64,000 bases of DNA from Camelus ferus (taxonomy: Eukaryota), in assembly GCF_009834535.1 (NCBI RefSeq), contig NC_045707.1:57352001-57416000 (forward strand). Reading direction: 5' to 3'. Each line of letters opens with the position of its first letter. Positions within the stretch are counted from its first letter, which is position 1. Under the pieces are notes generated by a model. That model ran no database searches and had not been told where the DNA came from. It saw nothing but the letters and a program-made list of their open reading frames with translations. Made by a program: the position numbers and the translations under genes. Positions 54,491-64,000 of the stretch are shown piece by piece.

Positions 54491-54627
54491 CAGAATCATG
54501 ATAACTGACACCAAAAATTATTCATTGAGCATTTACAAGACCTGTCACTCAGTTCTATACAGGTGTTGTTTTACAGCTCACTAATTATTACACACGAGAA
54601 GTGAACATTTGGCTTGATCTGTGAGTT

Positions 54628-54843
54628 CAGGGTTCCACAATCTCAATAGCACTGACAGTTTGGCAGATAATTCATTATTGTGGAGGGCTACCCTGAGCAT
54701 TGTAGGATGTTTAGCAGTATCCCAGGCCTCTACATGCCAGTAGCACCATCCCTCTTCTGACTTGTGACAACCCAGAAAGTCTCCAGACATTGCCAAATGT
54801 CTTGGATCAGGGGTACAAAATCACCCCTGGTTGAGAACTACAG
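54628..54843. mobile_element. MER20 hAT-Charlie MITE
   Basis: gcattgtaggatgtttagcagtatcccaggcctctac...ttgtgacaaccca...tctccagacattgccaaatgtc...tcacccctggttgagaact. Confidence 0.9.
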
Positions 54844-54959
54844 TCTTTGATCAATTCTTTCTAAAAGTGTTCACAGACTGCTAGTCCTGGGAGAGTCTTC
54901 CCCAAAGATTCCAGGGTCAAATACTTCGGGAAATAGTAAATAATACTAGTAGTAGGAGG

Positions 54960-55170
54960 AGGAGGTAATTTTTATACACTTAGTACATGCTACAAACTGT
55001 TCTTAATCTCATTGAATCTTCATAAAAGACCTAGAAGTGAGATAACTGCTTTAATCACATTTTTCAAATGTGAAGATTGAGCTCAAGAGAAATGAAGTAA
55101 CTAACCAAGATCATACAATTAATAAGTCACCTAGGATTTCTTTCCAAGTCATCTCCAGAGCCTGTGCAAT
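54960..55170 (-). mobile_element. MIR
   Basis: atctcattgaatcttcataa...atttttcaaatgtgaagattgagctca...aagtaactaaccaagatcataca. Confidence 0.7.
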
Positions 55171-55319
55171 TGTCTATATACAGTAATACTTCTTGCATAG
55201 CCCGCTTATAAAATTTACAATTCAAATTGTGGTATTAAGGATAATTATTCTTAATTTGTATTTACTTTATCTCATGCACTTGCAGAATTAGGTTTTGTTT
55301 TTGTGCTTCAGTTTTCCTC

Positions 55320-57150
55320 TTTATATTTCCTTTTTATTGAAGTATATTTGACATGTTAGTTTCAGATGTACAACATAATGATTCAATATTTGTATACATT
55401 GTGAAATAATCACCACAGTAAGTCCAGTTAATATCCATCACCATGAACAGTTACAATTTTTTTTTTCTTTATGATGAGGACTTTTGTAATCTACTTTCTT
55501 AGCAACTTTCAAATATACAATATAGTATTATTCACTACCATCACCATGCCATCCATTATATCATATGACTTATTTTATAACTGAGGTTTGTACCTTTTTG
55601 CCCACCCCCAACTCCCCTCTCTGGCAACCATCAATCTGTGTTATGTATCTATGAACTTGGTTTTGTTTGTTTTGTTTTTTTTTCAGATTTCACATATAAA
55701 TGAGATCATGTGATATTTATCTTTCTGTCTGACTTATGTTACTGAGCATAATGCCTTCAAGGTCCATCTGTGTTGTTGCACATGGCAATATTTTAGTCTT
55801 TTTTGGCTGACTAGTATTCCGTTGTATGTATATACCACATCTTTATCCATTCATTCACTGATGTCCACTTAAGTTGTTTCCATATCTTGACTATTGTATA
55901 TAATGCTGCAGTGAACATGGGCATGAGTGTATCTTTTTGAATTAGTGTTTTCATTTCCTTTGGATAAATACCCAGAAATGGAATTACTGCATCATATGGT
56001 AATTCTATTTTTAATTTTTTGAGGAAACTTTGTATTGTTTTCCATAGTGACTGCACTAATTTACAGTCCCACCAGCCGTGCATGAGGGTTACCTTTTTTC
56101 TACATCCTCTCTAACACTTGTTATTGTCTTTTTGGTAATAGCCACCCTAACAGGTGTGAGGTGATATGTCATTGTAATTGTGATTTGCATTTCCCTGTTG
56201 ATTAGTGATGTTGATCATCTTTGCATGTGCCTTTTGGCCATCTATATGTTTTCTTTGGAAAAATGTCTATTCAGATCCTCTGCCAATTTTTTAATTGGAT
56301 TGTTTTGTTTTTAGTTTTGCTGTTGAGTTGTATGAGTTCTTCATATATTTTGGATATTAACCTTTTATCAGATATGTGATTTGCAAATATTTTCTCCCAG
56401 TCAGTAGGTTGCATTTTCGTATTATTGATGATTTCCTTTGCTGTGCAGAAGCTTTTAGTTTGATGGCATCCCATTTGTTTATTTTTTGTTGCCTTTACTT
56501 TTAGATATCAAGATAAGATATCAAGACACTTACCACCTGTGTTTTCTTCGAGGAGTTTTATGGTTTCAGGTCAAACATTCAAGTGTTTAATCCATTTTGA
56601 ATTAATTTCTATGCCTGGTCTAAAGTAATAGTTTAGTTTTATTCTTTTGCATGTGGCTGTCCAGTTTTCTCAACACCATATTGAAGAGATTTTCCTTTCC
56701 CCAATGTGTATTCTTGCCTCCTTTGTCATAAATTAATTTATCATGTATGTATGGATTTACTTTGGGCTCTCTATTCTGGCCCATTGACTTATGTGTCTGT
56801 TTTTATGCCAGTACCATATGGTTTTGATTACTATAGCTTTGAAAACAGGGAGTGTGATGCCTCCAACTTTGTTCTCCTTTTTCAGGTTTGTTTTGTCTAT
56901 TCAGGGTCTTTTGTGGTTCCATATAAATTTTTAAGATCATGTTCTATTTCTGTGAAAATGCCATTGGAATTTTGATAAGGATTGCATTGAATCTGTAGAT
57001 TGTTCTAGGTGGGTATGGTCATTCTAACAATATTAATTTCTCCAATCCATGAGCATGGAATATCTTCTCATTTAATTGTGTCTTCGCCAATTTCTTTCAT
57101 CAGTGTCTTACTATTTTTTCAGTGTACAGGTCTTTCACCTCTTTGGTTAA
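55320..57150 (-). mobile_element. 5'-truncated L1 (L1MA9/artiodactyl-type), about 1.8 kb
   Basis: ORFs 55811..56083 ([10 protein letters not shown]...LKIELPYD...LGIYPKE) and 56271..56474 (KSFCTAKE...QPTDWEKIFANH) are L1 ORF2 C-terminal peptides; the 3'UTR reads tttattgaagtatatttgaca. Confidence 0.95.
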
Positions 57151-57289
57151 TAAAAATAGCTTTTGTTTTAATCAGTTGATGACAACCCCCCAATTATTTG
57201 CTAAGTGATTTTTCTTATAAACATCCTTGGATGCAAACAAAATGTCACGTCCCCTGGAAAAGATGACCACAGTCACCTCAGACAAACTT

Positions 57290-57790
57290 AGTTGGCCAGG
57301 AACTGAGGAGGGAGAGATTTACTCTGCTTGGGATAGGCAGAGAATTTTTAACGGGGACAATGATATTTGAATCAAGCCTTTAATGTTTGGGTTAAATTTG
57401 GATAAATAGGAGTTTTCCCAGGGATAGGGCATTCCAAACAGAACATAAAGCATGTGTGAAGGCCTGGGCAACTCAGAGGGTGTGATATGTTTGGGGAATG
57501 GTCAGGGAGGAGGAAAGGAAGTAGGAAAATATGACTAAAGAGAAGGGTGGGTTCTCCATTATTTTCAATAGCTTGACTTTTCTAAGTATTTGACTTTGCA
57601 ATCTTCACTGTTAGGGGAGCAGAAAGCCACAAGCACAGTAGCACCATGGTCAGGTAGGTACTTAATGATAACAAAAGTCTATAGTGTTTGGTGGTGGAGA
57701 GACCCGATTAAGACACTAATGGCAGGGCTTCGAGCAACAGATAGTGAGCTAGGATGGAGCAAAGGGGTCAGAGTTGAGAGAGTTTATTAA
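57290..57790 (-). mobile_element. L2 fragment
   Basis: ggcattccaaacagaacataaagcatgtgtgaaggcctgg...tgtttggggaatgg. Confidence 0.55.
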
Positions 57791-58774
57791 CAAGAGAAAT
57801 AGGCTACAGAAAATCCTTCTCTTAAATAAATGGACTGTAAGGCAAATAAGTAGCGTTTATTTGTGGAAGGGCTATCTCTACAAAACAAAGTGATGTGCTT
57901 TCAAGGAAATAACATGGGAACATCTTTAGCAGTTATTTTGGTAACCTGAAGAATTTGTATTAACAGATCTCAGTTCCACAGAATGCTCTCCTGGAGACGT
58001 GTTCTCTTCCCTATTCAGATTTCCTATGGAAATTGAACACCCCAGTTATTTAGTGGAGGTGTAAGGATAGGACGTAGGTTCTGAGTAGTCCTTCTACCCT
58101 TCTAGCCAAGACCGCTTTGTCCCTTCCCTTCTAAATATGTCACCTGGGAAAGAAGGATCAGCATTAGTGGAGATTCAACCCAAATGTATTTGAGAAATTA
58201 CCCAATTAAAAAATGTTGTGAAATTAGCCCCAGCCACTCAGTGAATGGTTGTTGAATGGATGAATTAATAAAATTTTGAATTCACTTTAATAACTTTTGA
58301 CTTAAGCATGTAAAATAAGATTTAATAGAAAGGAAAAAAAATCTTCAACTGAAACTTTCCTATTTCATCTTTTACTGAAATAGCTAGTGGGCCACTCCTG
58401 AAAAATACTCCAGCATAATACCAAATGGACTTTTACCTCTGTGCCTTATGCAGTAGATGTGTACAACTTGTTTATTTAAATTTGAAAAATGAGCGTATAA
58501 TACACCGTATTTAATCTTGTTATTTTTTCAAAATATCTTCTTTAAACTGTCCTTTAAGAGTCATTCTCTATACTTCAGTTTATTTAAAATTATTTTACCA
58601 CTGATTGTAATTCCGTCCCTGGTAGTTTAGAGGAAAAATGTTTTTCTATTATGTTTCAACAATTTCTATAGTTGTGTCTAAAATCATAATTAGTAATAAT
58701 ATTTGCTGTCTAAGGAGTGCCTGTTAGGGGATGTGTTTTGAAAGTCAAATTAAAAAAAAAAACATAGTAAATAA

Positions 58775-58925
58775 ATACTCTTTACCCATTTTTCAGATGG
58801 GTGAAAAAAAAAAGAGCAAAGTGGTGAAGTTATTCAACCGAGACCTCATAGTTTTCCAGCTGTATTATATTATAAGGCTCAAACGTAGGTCCATTAGTCC
58901 ACGAAACCTGTGTGCTTCCTGTAAC
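58775..58925 (-). mobile_element. MIR fragment
   Basis: tacccatttttcagatgggtgaaaa...gtggtgaagttatt. Confidence 0.5.
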
Positions 58926-59572
58926 ATCATTGTGGGTCCAGATTTTACCCCTTTTCTTTCTATTTTATCTAAATGTTAACATGAACCCATAGTTGATATG
59001 TTGTTCTGTTACTAATTCTAAGAATCTCTTACTTTGTCTTTTTGCTCCTACATCTCTATAGATACTAATCATGAATGTGTATCAATACCACATTCCAACA
59101 CACATACTTTCCAACATGCAAGGAAGAGATATTGTTATCCCAGCTTTGTGGAGTATTAATCTAGTAAACTTTTTAAAGTGTTACCTAGATTCAGGAGATA
59201 GCTATATACATCATTTTATTCATATTTAAGAGAGAGAACTATAAATAATGGTATTTTTTTTAACCAACAGTGGTTTTTATAAAACCAAATGCAAAATAGT
59301 TTTACTACTTGATAAACAGATAACCAAATTAGAGACTTTTATAGGTAATAAAAGTGATTGCTATCTCTTCTCTGTCCCACCCTCCTTTCTCTCCTCACCA
59401 CAAAAAATTAGGCGGGATTTTTGTTCCAAATCATCAGGATAATTGAGACCTATTTCACTTTGTGATAGGGAACGTCTGTCTTGCAGTGAAAATTTGTTGT
59501 CCTGTTCTGCAATGAAAAAACCGATATTCTTAATGTTCTTACACATTCTTTTCTTTTATGTGAACATTTTAG

Positions 59573-59645
59573 GTGTATCAATATATGCATGAAACGATAA
59601 CTGTTAATGGCTGTCCCTGAATTCCGTGCCAGGGCCACAGCAAAG
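59573..59645 (+). CDS. LIN7A: LIN7A coding exon 3, carrying a +1 insertion: reads VYQYMHETITVNGCP* instead of VYQYMHETITVNGCPEFRARATAK
   Basis: Acceptor ttcttttatgtgaacattttag|GTG, donor AAG|gtaaga. The exon is 73 nt; removing one base from 59615-59618 (ccct) restores the 24-codon LIN7A peptide. Confidence 0.95.
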
Positions 59646-61892
59646 GTAAGACTTGAGTAACTTTAAAAATGTACTCAAGCCCAGCGACCTAGTAATTGAC
59701 TGTGCGCGTGTGTGTTTCAGGTGTTCTCGTGTGTACACTAAGAGAATTTAGACATCAGTGGCAGCCCAGAGTCTAGAACCAGTACTACTTCCCAGGTAAA
59801 AATCCTAATGGAAAACTGAACGTGTCTGCTGCTTCTGTAGCTTAAGAAAGGAGAATGATGTCATTAAACTCACTAAATGTTCATTTGGCACAAGCAAATC
59901 TACTGCTTCACTGTATGCAATGTTTCTTGGTTTTCTGACACATTCCTCTGATCCAGAAGACCCTGTTCCCTGTTCAATGCAGAAAAGTTTATTTGCACAA
60001 GTCTAAAGATTAGATATGAGGAGAACTCAGCTGACACCCACTGATGCAGGATTTTTGTTGTTACCTTTTTAAAAGAATATGGTGTTAACTAAAAGGAAAG
60101 CCTGTGACCTGTTGTGGTAGTGACCACATCTGCTCTTGAAAAACTCAAATCCAGAGATTGCAGAGACGCTACGAATGAAACTGTTACAGCAATAGGATCA
60201 TGAAATTATCTGGAAAATAGGCCATTAGGAAATAATTGCATTAAACTGAAATCACTGATGCAAATCTTATTTTACAAATACAGAAATGTTATTATAGACA
60301 TATGTATGCTTTTTAAAAGCTTTTCTCTTTCTAATGATGTATAAGAAATAAAAACTGGTGAAAATAATCAGAATTTTCCATTTAATTCTTTTGTGTTACA
60401 TCCCTTTGTGTTTGGTTTCTCTCCTGATTTTTTTTAGTTTTCATTCTGTAACTGAACATTTTAGATTTGTGAGTTTTGGGGGGGTTTTTTGTCTTTTTTT
60501 TTTTTTAACCCAGGCCAAAAAGGGTATTATTATCATTACATCATGCTTTGCTTATACTGAAGTGGAACACACACCGAAAAATGATCCCTACATGGTTTAA
60601 TTAAGGGGAAAGTGAATTACGTAGTGTTTTACCATTCTCATTTCTTATTCATGTAGAACAGCAGGATAGCAGCATAATGTTGCAATAGCACAATATTTTC
60701 TGGTTGTTTCTGGGCTGTCTGCATTGCATCCATGTCAGCCATTAGAATCTATGCATGACAACAAGGTGCATGAGCAAATGCATGTAGCTAAAGACAAGCC
60801 ATTATTTCCATATCATTCACTACCTTTCACTAAATGCAGACAGTAGCATAATGCTAAATTGATGCGATAATGCTGTGTGTGGAAAAGAATGTACAGTCGT
60901 TGGGAATCGATATTTTCAGTGTTGAGTAAATCGCTTTATAGTAGGCATCTAATCAGCTGTGGTGAAGGCAGGTTGCTGGAGGTGGAAAATAAGGGGCAGG
61001 CAGAGAATCTTTTCTTAATAGAAACTATCTAAATGCTCTTATTTCCGTGGGGAGGGAGGGGGTGAACACTAATGGTAAGTTGTTTCCTTCAACTTATTTT
61101 TAAAATATTAATAGATATCAATTTTACAGTAATGTGTCCATATTAAATGATATTTTGTACACCTAGGTATAAAACTACAGACTGCTCATTTTGCCTACAT
61201 TGCTGTAGTCATTGAAATCTTAGTGTAAAAATGTAGAAGAAAAAATCTGTGACAGATAAGAGGACCTCTCATAATAATATGGAATATTGATGTGAAATAA
61301 TTATAATCTGTTTGAATCATTATTTTAGCTTTTTTCTTTTAGGCATTTTCCATTAAAAAAAAGTACTAAATTTGCTAAGCCAGTGGTTTGGTACTAGCAA
61401 AATTATAGATGTATACGTGAGTATGTATGCGTAGAAGTGCTCCTCAGTGGATTGCATAAATAGGTATGAACATTAATGTGCAGGCATTGGGATAGACTGT
61501 GTGTCATACAGAGAAGTGGGAGCCACAATCTCAGCACTTCATGTGCTCCTGGTCAACATTTATAATATATATATACAGTGATAATGGCATCTGTACTGTA
61601 TGTTAGGTAATATATGTAATATATGTATATGGAAAGATCCTTATGAGGAAGGGAAATTTTTATCCTGATGGCTAAGTTCTGGAAAGGTAGAAATAGTTGG
61701 GCTGCGCTTTACCAAAGAAAGGAACCATGGAGGACATCTAAGTGAGGAAAGGCCCCCCACGCCCCTTTCGAGTTCTTTCTTTCACAGGAGAGTGCTATAA
61801 AATAGGAGGAGTGGCCTGATCTTCCCACTGCAAGTCGTATGATTAGCTTCGTTTCCCTCATTTTATTACCAAATGACTATCTTTTCTTTCAG

Positions 61893-62102
61893 GCCACAGT
61901 TGCAGCTTTTGCAGCTAGTGAAGGCCACTCCCACCCCCGGGTAGTCGAACTGCCAAAGACGGATGAAGGCCTTGGTTTTAACGTGATGGGAGGAAAGGAG
62001 CAAAATTCCCCCATTTATATCTCTCGCATCATTCCTGGAGGGGTGGCTGAAAGACATGGAGGCCTCAAGAGAGGAGACCAGCTGCTGTCAGTGAACGGAG
62101 TG
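61893..62102 (+). CDS. LIN7A: LIN7A coding exon 4 (210 nt, PDZ domain N-terminal part): [70 protein letters not shown]
   Basis: Acceptor cttttctttcag|GCC, donor GTG|gtatgt. Contains the GLGF loop and the [15 protein letters not shown] motif; intact 70 codons within ORF 61839..62114. Confidence 0.98.
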
Positions 62103-63319
62103 GTATGTTCATAACATAACCAGAGGTTTTTCTCTCTAAGCACATTCTTTTATCTTCCCCCGCTGCCCTCACCAAAGTCAGTGTTGAAATCCTAAAACAA
62201 ATCTTAATTTTGTGTCCAAATGGCTTCCTAAGCGTTGATGGATATTAAGCCTACAAAAGCAGTAACTTATACTTTTGATCTCTCACTTGGCCTGTTCAGG
62301 GATTAAGTGTGACCTAGTGGGAAGATCATCCCAAAATATTATCCCAACTAGTAGAATTTCCCCCATGTAATACTCTAATTGAATTAATGTTTAGAAGAAT
62401 GTAATTTTAAGTCACTTTTATTCAAACTGACTATAAGCAAATATGTACATTAAAAAAAAACTAAAACTCCTCACTGTATATATTTTTTATTTTCATTAGA
62501 GAGGAAGGATAATTTTAATATGTGTTATAATAATAACACACAGGGAAAAGGCTAATGCTCAGATATTTCTTTAAGCCAGATATAGAGCTATAGTATAATA
62601 AAAATATATTAGCCTCTCTCCAGAAGAAAGTTTGGTTATATTATCTATTCATCATATATATTTCAGTTTTCACATGAAGTTAAAATAACATTTTAACATA
62701 CATTTCTTCATAACTTCATATTCTTTGCATGCCATTACCTCCACATACAGTGAGTTGCTAATGAAATGGCTTCGTATGAAATGAATAAGTTTTGCCCATA
62801 ACTTCTACTTACATCAAAAATAAATCATCTAAAAGCATAAATTTCAGAAGTATAAATAGGAACATATTGAGCTTACTTTAATTTTCATCTAGGATCTTTT
62901 TTCTTAGCTTAAGATTTAAAAAAATAAGCTAGATTTGGGCTTTTTGTGGCCATATTAATTTCTACTATGAAGGCAATAGCCAAAATAAATGCATTTGAAA
63001 TATGATTTTTTGTTGGTAACTATGGAGTAAATCCTTCTGTATTTGTATCTTGCATTTTGTTTGTTTCTTTCTTATCTTTTGCCTGACTGGTGATTTTATA
63101 GAACCCAAAATTATTCATTCAACTTTGCTGATCTCTGACGTACATCAAAATCATCAATCCATGAATATTTTATATACCTTCGGCATTCCCATGCTAAAAC
63201 TATCATTTCATCGATTTTTTTCTGTGCAACAATGCTTTGAGATGAGCTTTAGATAACTATGACTTTTTCAAAGCATATTTCAACTGATAATTTTGTAGTC
63301 AGATTTTATAGGAGTGGGC

Positions 63320-63435
63320 TCTGGAGCAGGCCATGCAATTATGTCACAAAGTAACCTGTGCCTCAGTGTATGAATTTACAGTGTCTCTGAGTATATTGGG
63401 TAGATCAAATGAGAGTATAGATTTTAAAACATGAA
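63320..63435 (+). mobile_element. MIR fragment
   Basis: ggctctggagcag...aacctgtgcctcagt...atcaaatgaga. Confidence 0.4.
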
Positions 63436-64000
63436 AAGAGAAAAAAACCTAAAAATATAGTAATAGTAATTGTCATATAAAGCAATGATAAATATGTATG
63501 AAATCAGTTTAATACGTAGTTGACTTTAAGCTATCTGTCAGGGGGCTCAAGAGCCTATGTTTATCAACCCAACATTTGCAAGGAACATAGCTGTTGGCAT
63601 TTCATAATTACTCATCCATTCCTTACAATGACCATGTCACTTTACCTGGGAAGCTGCAGAAGGGTATTGAACAGACATATTAGGCCCTAAATATCATTAT
63701 GATTATGGATTTAATATCCTCTAAACCTGAATTTCCTAATCTGAGTCCAGGGAGTAGTAGCTAATTTGAAGTGTTCTGATGAAGATTAAAATGAGGCAAA
63801 ATATTTGTTGACAATTGTCCTGTGATAATTTGATCTTACATACCTTTGATAGGTAAATATGGTTACTGAAGAAGGATGAAGAGGGTTAGCAGTCCTCCTG
63901 TGATATTTCTAATGCTAGTTATGTTAAAAGTAAGTCTTAAAGCAAATTCTGCTACACATATAGGCATATTTTAGCAAACATTATTAGCATAGAGGTATTA

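Noticed and set aside
61839..61892. Hydrophobic N-terminal extension ([18 protein letters not shown]) in frame with the PDZ exon, suggesting a PDZ-only isoform
   Set aside because: It is the translated branch-point and polypyrimidine tract; no promoter or transcript evidence is visible.

Overview
This is AT-rich, CpG-depleted mammalian genomic DNA lying inside the LIN7A (MALS-1/Veli-1; L27+PDZ scaffold) gene on the + strand. Three internal coding exons are present: exon 2 (20381-20499), exon 3 (59573-59645) and exon 4 (61893-62102), all with canonical AG/GT boundaries. The rest is intron, filled with old eutherian repeats (L2, MIR, L1M, MaLR/ERVL LTRs, MER5/MER20/MER63/MER53/MER82) and a few younger L1 pieces. 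No Alu, B1, Bov-A/tA, PRE1 or Can-SINE was seen; one L1 3' tail looks cetartiodactyl, possibly camelid. The strongest anomaly is exon 3: it is 73 nt instead of 72, and one extra base (TGT CCC TGA ATT C versus TGT CCY GAA TTC) creates an immediate premature TGA between the L27 and PDZ domains. This is either a real loss-of-function allele or a sequence/assembly error. Secondary signals are a triple RBFOX (TGCATG) cluster and a candidate poison exon in intron 3, a twin-primed 5'-inverted L1, and nested transposon clusters. I found no supportable evidence of a wholly new biological system. Repeat family names and boundaries come from recalled consensus sequences read by eye and are approximate.
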